41,939 nt of DNA from a virus. Every line of letters begins with the position of its first letter. Position 1 is the first letter of the stretch. This document shows, piece after piece, positions 23,854-31,969 of the stretch. Where the stretch lies: positions 1-41,939 of the IMG/VR virus record IMGVR_UViG_3300045988_014288. One strand, given 5' to 3'. The notes under the pieces were generated by a model. The model made no database searches. It saw only the letters and a program-made list of their open reading frames with translations, and was not told the origin of the DNA. The position numbers and the translations under genes are program-made.

Positions 23854-25011
23854 TGGAACTTTTATCTTTTCTATTTCTGTCCGAAGTTCTTCCAGTGTCC
23901 TGTGGCCGTACACAGCATTTGTAACATCTCCGCCAAAAGAGTGGCCAAGCATTCGCTTTCGATCATTCTCACGGACACCATATTTTTCGCACAATGCAGA
24001 AAAGGTGTGTCGACAATCGTGTGGCGTATGCTTCGGATCGCCGACTATTCCTAAACGCTCCAGTGTAGGATAGAACAATGCTTTTCTATGATGTTGCTGA
24101 GTATATACGCATAGTTTTCCATTTTGTGTCAGCACTTTCTGTTCAACAAAATGATATACGGCAGAATGTATCGGAACGATTCTGTTTTTACCGGCTTTTG
24201 TTTTGATTCCACCTTGAAAGTATTTCTCTTCCAGGTTGGTTGTAAGTTTTAACACTTCGCCAATTCGCCATCCAGAATAACACATAATAAGAATGAGTTG
24301 CACTTCCGGGTCGTCGGCATTATTCCACAACACCTGCATCTCCTGATCAGAAAATGGCGTTCCATGTTCGGTGTCATTATCAGCATTGACATGGACATAT
24401 AACGCCTTATTTTCCGTTACAATTTCTGAGTAGACTGCATATTTGTACATCTGCTTGAACAGAGTCAAAATAGCTATCTGGCTTTGTTTTTTCAGCTTAC
24501 AATCATCAATAACCTTTTGCATATCAGGAGCCTTTAAATCTTCGAATATGCGATTGTGCAGAACAGTACAGTTCGTATAAGCTGTCCGGTATGCTTCTTT
24601 CGAACTGTATGACAGCTTTGTACCCTCTGGGAACTTCCACGCATAAAACTGTTTATATACCTCTGAGAACGTCAATTTCTTGATTTCCGGGTGTTTATCC
24701 TCGACGCCCTTGATTGTATTGTAGTCGGCAATTAAGCGGTTCACAAGGGTGCCTATGTCCGTTGTAGGAGATACCTCAAGAGTCCGTTCCATGCCGGGTT
24801 GATACGTGCCAGCTTTGTAAGCTGTCAGGACAGTGAAGCCTTTTATCCAGTCATCTACATAGCAGATTGCCGGCGGACGGACAAGAGCACCAAAATCATC
24901 TTTAAATGCTGGTGGATGCACCGCAAAGCAGTTTCTCCGGTTCTTGCCAAGGTAACGGATGCTGCCGAAACTATTTGGAAGTTTCGGATATTTTTTTCTT
25001 TTCTTCGACAT
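23833..25011 (-). CDS. int: tyrosine recombinase / integrase
   Basis: C-terminal catalytic motifs HDCRHTF, LGH and the Tyr in VYGHRT. Internal ATG 25011 with AGAGGA RBS is preferred over 25104. Confidence 0.9.
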   Translation of the reverse strand: MSKKRKKYPKLPNSFGSIRYLGKNRRNCFAVHPPAFKDDFGALVRPPAICYVDDWIKGFTVLTAYKAGTYQPGMERTLEVSPTTDIGTLVNRLIADYNTIKGVEDKHPEIKKLTFSEVYKQFYAWKFPEGTKLSYSSKEAYRTAYTNCTVLHNRIFEDLKAPDMQKVIDDCKLKKQSQIAILTLFKQMYKYAVYSEIVTENKALYVHVNADNDTEHGTPFSDQEMQVLWNNADDPEVQLILIMCYSGWRIGEVLKLTTNLEEKYFQGGIKTKAGKNRIVPIHSAVYHFVEQKVLTQNGKLCVYTQQHHRKALFYPTLERLGIVGDPKHTPHDCRHTFSALCEKYGVRENDRKRMLGHSFGGDVTNAVYGHRTLEELRTEIEKIKVPFVTNCD

Positions 25012-25148
25012 TTTATTCCTCTTTTCTTTATAGCTGTTTTTAGGTATAAAAATAACAGCCGAACAAATTTTCTGTCTTGTTCGACTGCTCCGAAGATGAT
25101 ACAATATGTTTTGCCAGAATATAGCATCTCTCCGGAGATGTATAAACG

Positions 25149-25184
25149 CCGTTCCGGTACGCCAATGCCGGGGCGGTTTTTTTT
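25149..25184 (+). terminator. intrinsic terminator (T-run on + strand), between int and the next lysogeny gene
   Basis: Stem ccgttccgg / ccggggcgg (two G-U pairs) with a 10-nt loop, then eight T. It could block late read-through into the lysogeny module. Confidence 0.5.
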
Positions 25185-25188
25185 ATTT

Positions 25189-25668
25189 TTATTCTATTTC
25201 TTCAATGTCAAGAGAATATCCAAGAACTTCTCCAACGTCTGTGCATTTTCCTTTCAAAGTAACGGTGTCGCCCTTTGACATAGATGCTATTTTGGATTTT
25301 TGGTCGTCGTTTTTGATGTAACACTGGACTCCAATAATCTCAAAATCTCCATCAGCCATAAGGTCAATATATTTTCCGGCTGCATCAATATTGCTGAGTT
25401 TTCCGGTGATCTCAAGGTATTTGCCTTTGTATTTATCAGATGCGCCCATTGCATTACTGTCAAGCTGAGACATCATATCATTGACTGATACGGATGTGTA
25501 TTCAATTGGTGCAGGTGTATCAACTTCTTTTGCAGATTCCGTCTTTGCAGATGTGCTGGAAGAAGACGTGGTGTTTGAATCCGAATTTCCACCAATGGCA
25601 CCAATAACGCCAATGGCGACGACTGCTAAAAATACCCATTTGAGTTTTCCACCTTTTTTCTTACTCAT
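25189..25668 (-). CDS. membrane-anchored OB-fold-like protein (candidate superinfection-exclusion / lysogenic conversion protein)
   Basis: RBS AGGAGGAG 7 nt upstream of ATG 25668. N-terminal anchor KLKWVFLAVVAIGVIGAIGG, a Ser/Thr linker, and a beta-rich C-terminal domain. Sits between int and the repressor. Confidence 0.6.
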   Translation of the reverse strand: MSKKKGGKLKWVFLAVVAIGVIGAIGGNSDSNTTSSSSTSAKTESAKEVDTPAPIEYTSVSVNDMMSQLDSNAMGASDKYKGKYLEITGKLSNIDAAGKYIDLMADGDFEIIGVQCYIKNDDQKSKIASMSKGDTVTLKGKCTDVGEVLGYSLDIEEIE

Positions 25669-25817
25669 AGAATTACTCCTCCTAATAGCTTTATTCGCCA
25701 CGCTTCGCACTTTTTATGCGGATTATGTATTTTGTACCGCTGATTTTGCAATATTATGTAAAGTACGGTTATTCGTGGTATTTTTATTTTATCATTTTAA
25801 GAGCATATTGTAAAGAT

Positions 25818-26114
25818 TTAGAACGAAATAGAGTGATTTAGATGAAAAAGAAATGTTTTAAGTGCTTTGTACTTCTCTTGCTGATCTATAAGGTATTTAG
25901 TCTTGTACATACCCCACAAAAGATAATTTCCAACAATAATCAGAAAGATATGCAGATAGTTCATTCGTATATGGTGTATCAGGACCATTCTGTCCAGAAG
26001 TATCCGCATACAAACAACGGCGGTGGAAAAGTTTGCGATCTCGCATTTTTCTTCTGCGAAAGCATAATTTTCTTTGAGATTGTAAAGTTTGCCTATGAAA
26101 TAACAAAAGTCCAT
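25818..26114 (-). CDS. doubtful hypothetical protein (98 aa)
   Basis: AT-rich region with overlapping antisense ORFs and no RBS. The - frame looks slightly more protein-like (helical N-terminus, one TM-like segment). Confidence 0.3.
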   Translation of the reverse strand: MDFCYFIGKLYNLKENYAFAEEKCEIANFSTAVVCMRILLDRMVLIHHIRMNYLHIFLIIVGNYLLWGMYKTKYLIDQQEKYKALKTFLFHLNHSISF

Positions 26115-26129
26115 GTGTATATTTGGCAG

Positions 26130-26158
26130 TTGCCAAGGGTTGGAATAGGTGGTATAAT
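26130..26158 (+). promoter_or_regulatory. sigma-A-type promoter TTGCCA-17-TATAAT with TGG extended -10
   Basis: -35 at 26130-35, 17-nt spacer, -10 at 26153-58 preceded by TGG. Confidence 0.6.
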
Positions 26159-26246
26159 AGCAAAAACGAACTAATGTTCGGTTCTATTTCCCACAGCCGA
26201 ACATATACTGTAGCGTAGTTGGTAGTTGCGACAGGGAGGGTTGTTT

Positions 26247-26348
26247 ATGGATTATAAAAAAGAGATTATTGAGATGATAGAAAAAGCAGACCATGACCAA
26301 TTATATACAATATTTAGATTTATAATATCATTTCTAGGACTGAAATAA
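26247..26348 (+). CDS. micro-protein (33 aa) MDYKKEIIEMIEKADHDQLYTIFRFIISFLGLK
   Basis: RBS GGGAGGG 7 nt upstream. Own promoter upstream and a terminator immediately downstream. Too short to appear in the ORF track. Confidence 0.5.
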   Translation: MDYKKEIIEMIEKADHDQLYTIFRFIISFLGLK

Positions 26349-26350
26349 AG

Positions 26351-26389
26351 AAAAGGGGCAGGAGTTATTTCCTGTCCCCATCTTTTTAT
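26351..26389. terminator. bidirectional terminator between convergent genes
   Basis: Stem ggggcagg / cctgtcccc (one bulge), flanked by an A-run upstream and a T-run downstream. Confidence 0.65.
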
Positions 26390-26757
26390 TCCTCTTTCTT
26401 GTCCGCTAAAGCGTTCGCAAGTTTCTGAAGTGTTTCCCATTCTGATTCATTTAGATTAGCAAGTATTTCTACTAATCGTATCTTGAAGCTATCTGCTTCT
26501 CCATTCAGAACCGAACCAACGAAATCCGCAATCTCGGATTTTCTCTTATTCTGGATGAACATATCACCTGTTCCCTTAGTCAGCCATTCGTAGTTGACTT
26601 TGAATTCCCTACAGATATCCTTGACAGTTCGATCTGATGGAACTCTTTCTCCTTTTTCTATCATCCAAACAAAGTTCTTAGATACCCCGATTTTCTCGGC
26701 GAACTCATCCTGAGTCATCTTCGCAGTCTTTCTTATTTGTTGAATCCTGGTATTCAC
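26386..26757 (-). CDS. CI-like repressor (XRE-family HTH)
   Basis: HTH_3 motif IRKTAKMTQDEFAEKIGVSKNFVWMIEKG. The second GTG (26757) lies 8 nt after AGGAGG, whereas the first GTG overlaps the RBS. Confidence 0.85.
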   Translation of the reverse strand: MNTRIQQIRKTAKMTQDEFAEKIGVSKNFVWMIEKGERVPSDRTVKDICREFKVNYEWLTKGTGDMFIQNKRKSEIADFVGSVLNGEADSFKIRLVEILANLNESEWETLQKLANALADKKEE

Positions 26758-26789
26758 TCTTTTCACCTCCTATTCTTAACTGCAAGTAT

Positions 26790-26818
26790 ATAGTAGCACA
26801 AAAATCTAACTCTGTCAA
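26790..26818 (-). promoter_or_regulatory. repressor promoter TTGACA-17-TACTAT (TGC extended -10)
   Basis: Read on the - strand: -35 is 26818-26813 and -10 is 26795-26790. Confidence 0.6.
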
Positions 26819-26838
26819 ATTTTTTGTGAGATTTACGC

Positions 26839-26867
26839 TTGACAAATCTATCTGAGTGAGATATTAT
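26839..26867 (+). promoter_or_regulatory. early rightward promoter TTGACA-17-TATTAT
   Basis: -35 at 26839-44 and -10 at 26862-67. Back-to-back with the repressor promoter, 20 bp between the two -35 boxes. Confidence 0.65.
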
Positions 26868-27286
26868 AATAACACAAGGTAACACAAAGCCTTGAGCGTT
26901 TACCACAATCTGATAGAAACAAGGCTTCTATTAAATAAAAAGAAACTGCTAGGGGTCTCGTCCCTAACAGCTCTTTACCAAATTTGTTTACCCTATGTAC
27001 TTTGCAGGCTGACGCCACATCTGACGAGACCAAATGCTTCTTGAAGCACCTTGTCACTTTCGCAGTCTTGGTTCTGCAACATGCCTAATCGCTGACAAAA
27101 CAATCAGAGCCGTCTTTGACCTGTTTTAACTGTCGAGGTATCAGTACGGACGGATTAAGAGCAAAGGGAGCAGGCAAATTCAAAAGTTGGGTCATGATAA
27201 CCACTCCTTTCCTTTGCCAATAGGCATTAACTAGGATAACACAAATAAGTGGTAAACGCAACTAAAAATAAGTAGGGGGTGATTTT

Positions 27287-27466
27287 TTGGAACGTCTTTA
27301 CACTTGTGAAGAAATCGCTCAGAGATATAGTGTGAAAGTTCCTACCGTGTGGAGATGGATACGGAATAAACAGCTTCCGGCAATCAATCTAAACGGCTCT
27401 GGTTACAGAGTGTCAGAAAGTGACTTAGTTGCTTTTGAAGAATCAAAACGTGTAAGAAAGGAGTGA
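27287..27466 (+). CDS. excisionase-family / MerR-like HTH_17 DNA-binding protein (59 aa)
   Basis: TTG start 4 nt after GGGGGTGA. (M)ERLYTCEEIAQRYSVKVPTVWRWIRNKQLPA is the classic HTH_17 signature. Absent from the ORF track because it is under 60 aa. Confidence 0.65.
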   Translation: MERLYTCEEIAQRYSVKVPTVWRWIRNKQLPAINLNGSGYRVSESDLVAFEESKRVRKE

Positions 27467-27471
27467 ATATA

Positions 27472-27645
27472 TTGTCTGAGAAAGAAAAGAAGATTCTCGA
27501 ATCAATAGCCAAGGCAGTTCCCAATATGTCAGAGTTTGACAAGGGATATTTTCTTGGGGTTGGAGAAACAATCGCAAAATACAAGAATCCTGATAAAACA
27601 GATAGGTTTCTTGAACCGAAAATTCCAGAGCAGAAAGGAGTATAA
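27472..27645 (+). CDS. hypothetical small protein
   Basis: TTG 27472 lies 9 nt after AAGGAG. The GTG at 27463 abuts the RBS. Confidence 0.5.
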   Translation: MSEKEKKILESIAKAVPNMSEFDKGYFLGVGETIAKYKNPDKTDRFLEPKIPEQKGV

Positions 27646-28338
27646 ATGGACGCATTACAGATTTTTAATTCAGGAGAGTTCGGAGAAATTCGAACAATAG
27701 AAATTGACGGGAAACCGTATTTTGTTGGAGCTGACGTTGCGAAAGCACTTGGTTACAAGGACACGGTTAATGCACTTAAACAGCATTGCCGTGGGGTGGT
27801 AAAACACCACCTCACAGATTCTCTCGGCAGGAATCAGGAAGCAAGTTTCATAACAGAGGGAGATTTGTACCGCTTGATTATGAAATCGAAACTTCCATCA
27901 GCAGAGAAATTCGAATCATGGGTTATGGATGAAGTTCTTCCGACAATCAGAAAGACAGGCTCATACCGGAAACCACTGACGACAGTTGAACAGATACAGG
28001 TTATTGCGACAGGATTCTTAGATCACGAAGAACGGCTTAACAGACTTGAAAACACCATGACTATTGACTATGCACAGCAGGAAGCTATTAGGGACTTAGT
28101 GTCAAGTGTCGTAATTGCTCACCTTGGTGGGAAAGAATCAAATGCTTACAAGGAAATTGGCAAGAAAGTATTTGCTGAATGCAACAGGGATATAAAGACT
28201 TACTTCGCAGTAAATGCCCGTAATAACATTCCTAAGCTGAGATTTGAAGAATCTATGGAATATGTCAGAAATTGGCATCCATGCACAAATACAGTAATGT
28301 GTATCAGGGACTGCAATGCTCAGATGTGTATCGAGTAG
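27646..28338 (+). CDS. antirepressor (Bro-N domain + ORF6C-like C-terminal domain)
   Basis: N-terminus FGEIRTIEIDGKPYFVGADVAKALGY...DLYRLIMKSKLPSAEKFESWVMDEVLPTIRKTG is a textbook Bro-N. Confidence 0.85.
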   Translation: MDALQIFNSGEFGEIRTIEIDGKPYFVGADVAKALGYKDTVNALKQHCRGVVKHHLTDSLGRNQEASFITEGDLYRLIMKSKLPSAEKFESWVMDEVLPTIRKTGSYRKPLTTVEQIQVIATGFLDHEERLNRLENTMTIDYAQQEAIRDLVSSVVIAHLGGKESNAYKEIGKKVFAECNRDIKTYFAVNARNNIPKLRFEESMEYVRNWHPCTNTVMCIRDCNAQMCIE

Positions 28339-28351
28339 AAAGAGGCATAAA

Positions 28352-28441
28352 ATGGAGGCACATACAGAACGTAATAAACTTCATGAGAAATTGTTAAAAG
28401 AAAAGGGTATTACGGCTGATAAAATTGCAAAAAGGAATTAA
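28352..28441 (+). CDS. possible micro-protein (29 aa)
   Basis: AAAGAGG 6 nt upstream of the ATG. No other support. Confidence 0.3.
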   Translation: MEAHTERNKLHEKLLKEKGITADKIAKRN

Positions 28442-28494
28442 CAGATACGCAATACAGACTGTTAATAGATTTAATCGAACCAATTAGTTGCAAA

Positions 28495-28725
28495 ATGGAG
28501 CCGGAAACACATCATGATGGTTATGTAAATATTACGGTTATAACGTACATTATACCGTTTGATAATCGTTATTTTTCAATAACCAAAAAAGACGTCGAAA
28601 ATTTTTCTGATAACAGTCTTGAAGTTACACTTTTAGCTATTCATGAAGTAAAAAAGAAAACTTATTCTAAGACAATTACTGTAACTGAATTTGAGAAGTG
28701 TACAGGCATTAAGGTAGGTGAATAA
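28495..28725 (+). CDS. hypothetical protein
   Basis: 76-aa ORF with a weak RBS. Confidence 0.45.
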   Translation: MEPETHHDGYVNITVITYIIPFDNRYFSITKKDVENFSDNSLEVTLLAIHEVKKKTYSKTITVTEFEKCTGIKVGE

Positions 28726-28727
28726 TT

Positions 28728-29063
28728 ATGACTCAAGAAGAAGTAAGAACTTATGTTAAAGAAAGCGCAGAAGTTCATCAGTTCGCCGCAGAGGTTGCAA
28801 GAATCATATCAGGCATTCCACAGATACCGGAATTCTCATCAGAGAGTATGAGCGTATCCGATGCAAGTCAATTGATCGGACTTCCTGTAACAGCAATCCG
28901 GGCAGGGATTGTGTATGGGTGGTTGCCGATTGGTGTGGCTGTGCAGAATAACAAGCCAGCAAAAAACCTTTCCGGTGGCAGGATCACATACATCATAAGC
29001 CCTAGGAAAGTCTATGAAGTGACTGGACATGTCTGGAAAGGTAAGGCTGCTCTTAATAAGTGA
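28728..29063 (+). CDS. hypothetical protein
   Basis: 111-aa ORF with GGTAGGTGA upstream. Confidence 0.6.
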   Translation: MTQEEVRTYVKESAEVHQFAAEVARIISGIPQIPEFSSESMSVSDASQLIGLPVTAIRAGIVYGWLPIGVAVQNNKPAKNLSGGRITYIISPRKVYEVTGHVWKGKAALNK

Positions 29064-29198
29064 GTGCCCCGGAGGGAGATTGGGCCTCCGCCCCGGAGCT
29101 TTGCACCACTAAAACACCTTAGTGGATAGATACATTATAGTTCTCTATCTGCTAATTGTAAAGACAAATAAGAAAAAATAAGGAGAAATTAGCACGAT

Positions 29199-29375
29199 AT
29201 GAGTGAAATTAGAAACGAAAATCAGCCAACATGGACTGACATCGAAGTAGCACTTGCGACTGAAATTGTCGAAGAAAGTAAGAAAAAGTCAAAAAGATGG
29301 TTCACTGCATGGATTGTGACAGTCGTCGCGCTGGTGGCAAGCAATCTTGCGTGGATTCTGGGAGAAATAAAATGA
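29199..29375 (+). CDS. small membrane protein (58 aa)
   Basis: AAGGAG 13 nt upstream. C-terminal TM segment WFTAWIVTVVALVASNLAWIL. Not in the ORF track. Confidence 0.5.
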   Translation: MSEIRNENQPTWTDIEVALATEIVEESKKKSKRWFTAWIVTVVALVASNLAWILGEIK

Positions 29376-29503
29376 AAGAGCGTATGCTAATTGCTGTTTG
29401 TATGCTTGCCGGGAAATATGTGGATATACCTATCTGGTTAAACATCTTCTTCGGTATCTCGGCAGCGTGGGCGGTACGCCAGATGAAAACAGACTGGCAG
29501 TAG
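29372..29503 (+). CDS. small membrane protein (43 aa)
   Basis: ATGA overlap with the previous gene. Two hydrophobic segments. The longer 29297 start would overlap the preceding gene in another frame. Confidence 0.45.
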   Translation: MKERMLIAVCMLAGKYVDIPIWLNIFFGISAAWAVRQMKTDWQ

Positions 29504-29523
29504 GAAATAAGGAGGATAAGAAG

Positions 29524-29805
29524 ATGTTCGAGAGAGAGATTGATGAAATTTACGAACTCTGTAAAAGAGTTGTGAATGAAGTTCCGACAGCAAGTATCAC
29601 ATTCAGCTATTCAATTTATGGCATGAGTGTATGTGGACTCAAAAAGAAAGAAGATGTTAGTCTTCCCGAATGCGAATTCAAGTGGGATTTATACCAAAGC
29701 GTATCTTTTAACCCATTTTATGAGAAAGAAAGTCGTGAAAGTCTCAGAATAATCAAAGCATTCTTGTTGGAACTTCTGATAGATGGGAAGTGTCCAAATG
29801 AGTAA
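29524..29805 (+). CDS. hypothetical protein
   Basis: RBS AAGGAGGA 8 nt upstream of ATG 29524. Confidence 0.6.
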   Translation: MFEREIDEIYELCKRVVNEVPTASITFSYSIYGMSVCGLKKKEDVSLPECEFKWDLYQSVSFNPFYEKESRESLRIIKAFLLELLIDGKCPNE

Positions 29806-30022
29806 GCAAATAGCAATTATGAAACTTCTTCCCAGTCTGGAGATAGCAGGATGTATTAATGAACTGCTCAGAGAGCTTCAATCCAGAGGTGATTATATTC
29901 TGGATTATGAGAACTGCGACATGTCTCTGGACCATGTGGAGTATCACAAGGCTGAAGATATTGATGGAGAGAAGTTCGGAGATGCTTCAGACAACCTGTA
30001 CTGTTTTTTCAAGGCGGTGTGA
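29798..30022 (+). CDS. hypothetical protein
   Basis: ATG 29798 overlaps the upstream stop. 74 aa, acidic. Confidence 0.55.
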   Translation: MSKQIAIMKLLPSLEIAGCINELLRELQSRGDYILDYENCDMSLDHVEYHKAEDIDGEKFGDASDNLYCFFKAV

Positions 30023-30023
30023 C

Positions 30024-30194
30024 ATGGACGAGAGGATTAATGAAGTTCTGCGACTGATTGATATACAGCTTGCCACAGTCCCGGATAACCCCATTGAAGA
30101 ATCATACAAGGCGAGAACATTGGCGAGTTACGTACAGGCTCTGAACGGGCTTTTAACGGCTCAGAAATCGTATAAGGAGGAAAAGTATCAGTGA
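30024..30194 (+). CDS. hypothetical protein (56 aa)
   Basis: ATG one nt after the upstream stop. Helical. Confidence 0.5.
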   Translation: MDERINEVLRLIDIQLATVPDNPIEESYKARTLASYVQALNGLLTAQKSYKEEKYQ

Positions 30195-30391
30195 GTGAAT
30201 TTGAAATCCGTATTCCGGCAAGGAAGAAACAGCCTGCAACCGATAAGGATAACCCGGTTGTGAAAGTATCAACAGGTGCTTACAACGCACTGGTTGAAAT
30301 CTATAATGAATCAACCTTATCAATGAAGGATATCGCAAGTTTGTTGATTATCGAGGGCAGTAAACATGTGGTTTATGACAAGGAGGAATAA
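30191..30391 (+). CDS. hypothetical protein
   Basis: GTG start overlapping the upstream stop, preceded by AAGGAGGA. Confidence 0.55.
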   Translation: MSEFEIRIPARKKQPATDKDNPVVKVSTGAYNALVEIYNESTLSMKDIASLLIIEGSKHVVYDKEE

Positions 30392-30393
30392 TA

Positions 30394-31065
30394 TTGGAAA
30401 ATCTTGAATTATATAACCATGTTAGAGAAGTGCCGAAAGATGCTCAGAAGCCGATTATGGCAGGACGTTTAAAAGGTTTTACAGATATTAACCCTATGTG
30501 GCGAATTAAATGTCTGACAGAGCAGTTCGGGCCTTGTGGAATCGGATGGTATTACAAGACTGTTGATAAATGGACAGAAACCATAAATGATGAGACATGC
30601 GCTTTTGTGATGATCGAACTATATGTTTTTTACGAAAGCAAATGGTCGCAGCCGATTTCCGGAACCGGAGGAAGTAAACTAGCAACAAAAGAAAGAAGCG
30701 GAATTTACGTGTCTGACGAATGCTATAAGATGGCCACAACGGATGCGCTGTCAGTAGCTTGCAAGAATCTCGGCATTGGAGCAGATGTCTACTGGAAAGA
30801 AAGCAAGACTAAATATGATTGCTCGAGTAACAGTGAAAATTCGTCTGACAAAAAAGCGGAACCGGCAAAAGAAGTCGAGATGATTAGTTCCGAAACTACT
30901 ATGTCAATTAAAAATATCATTGATAAGTACCCGGAAGCTAAACTTTTAGAACAGATCAAGACTCGGTTTAAAGTAAATGACATTAAGTCACTTACTAAGG
31001 AGAAAGGACAGAAATGTCTAAAGATGTTGATTGATTATGATAAGCAGAAAGGAGTAGCGGTATGA
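30394..31065 (+). CDS. Rad52/Sak-like single-strand annealing protein
   Basis: TTG start 6 nt after AGGAGGA. Motifs GRLKGFTDINPMWRIKCLTEQFGPCGIGW and TDALSVACKNLGIGADVYW. Immediately upstream of ssb. Confidence 0.55.
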   Translation: MENLELYNHVREVPKDAQKPIMAGRLKGFTDINPMWRIKCLTEQFGPCGIGWYYKTVDKWTETINDETCAFVMIELYVFYESKWSQPISGTGGSKLATKERSGIYVSDECYKMATTDALSVACKNLGIGADVYWKESKTKYDCSSNSENSSDKKAEPAKEVEMISSETTMSIKNIIDKYPEAKLLEQIKTRFKVNDIKSLTKEKGQKCLKMLIDYDKQKGVAV

Positions 31066-31484
31066 ATAAAGTAATTCTTACAGGAAGATTTACACGTGAT
31101 CCAGAAATCAAGTACACCAATGATGAAACATCTATTGCAAGGTTTTCTATTGCGGTAAACAGAAGATTTGTGAAAGAGGGTTCTGATCAGAAAGCAGATT
31201 TTTTGAATTGTATCGCTTTCGGAAAGTCGGCAGAATTTATCGAGAAATATTTTTCTAAAGGAATGAAAGCGGATTTATCCGGGAGAATCCAGACCGGCAG
31301 TTACACCAATCGTGACGGACAGAAGGTGTACACAACGGACATTGTTGTGGAAGAAATTGAGTTTGGTGAAAGCAAAGGTTCTAATCAGAGTCAGCAGAAG
31401 TCAGAGACGCCACATCCAGAAACAGACCCAGACGGATTTATGAGCATTCCAGATGGAATTGACGAGGAGATGCCGTTCGCATGA
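31062..31484 (+). CDS. ssb: single-stranded DNA-binding protein
   Basis: MNKVILTGRFTRDPEIKYT...ADFLNCIAFGKSAEF OB-fold signature and an acidic tail ending DEEMPFA. Confidence 0.9.
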   Translation: MNKVILTGRFTRDPEIKYTNDETSIARFSIAVNRRFVKEGSDQKADFLNCIAFGKSAEFIEKYFSKGMKADLSGRIQTGSYTNRDGQKVYTTDIVVEEIEFGESKGSNQSQQKSETPHPETDPDGFMSIPDGIDEEMPFA

Positions 31485-31969
31485 TACAAATTGACAGTAG
31501 GGAACATCAGAAGGTTATTGATGGCATTAAAAAAGCATTTGATGCAGCAGGGGAAAAATGGTTTGTGTCGAAGCTCTATGTCGGGGATTACATGAATTAT
31601 GACAACCCTCGACTGGTTGTTGACCGAAAGCAAAATCTCTCTGAATTATGTGGCAATGTGTGCCAGCAGCATGAAAGATTCCGTGCTGAGATTATCCGGG
31701 CAAACGAAGCAGGGATAAAACTTGTGTTCCTGTGTGAGCACGGAAAAGGAATTGAGAAGCTGGATGATGTCCTCTGGTGGGAGAACCCACGGGCAAAGAA
31801 AAGAGTCAAAAAGAATGGTATCTGGGTAGATCAGGAGCAGAAAGTCATGCATGGAGATGTCTTATATAAGATTCTCTGCACGATGCAGTGCAAGTATGGT
31901 GTTGAATTTCTGTTTTGCGACAAGAAAGACACCGGCAAAAGAATTTTGGAGATTCTGTCAAATGGATAA
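31481..31969 (+). CDS. ERCC4-type (Mus81/XPF-like) nuclease, putative resolvase
   Basis: IDSRE ... GDY ... VVDRK-x-x-x-EL motif order typical of ERCC4-domain nucleases. Confidence 0.55.
   Translation: MIQIDSREHQKVIDGIKKAFDAAGEKWFVSKLYVGDYMNYDNPRLVVDRKQNLSELCGNVCQQHERFRAEIIRANEAGIKLVFLCEHGKGIEKLDDVLWWENPRAKKRVKKNGIWVDQEQKVMHGDVLYKILCTMQCKYGVEFLFCDKKDTGKRILEILSNG

Noticed and set aside
25842-26174. 110-aa + strand ORF with a signal-peptide-like start
   Set aside because: It overlaps the good + strand promoter at 26130-58 and the antisense 98-aa ORF. The RBS is weak and the sequence is AT-rich and low in information. Neither frame can be confidently called coding.
26848-27057. 69-aa - strand ORF in the early leader
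   Set aside because: GTG start without an RBS, a Cys/Arg-rich non-protein-like translation, and it spans the early promoter.
29067-29098. GC-rich island with direct repeat CCCCGGAG x2 and two mutually exclusive hairpins, possible terminator/antiterminator
   Set aside because: The stems are only 5-6 bp and are followed by just three T. There is no obvious leader peptide or regulator link. It may be a weak terminator after 28728-29063, but the evidence is insufficient.
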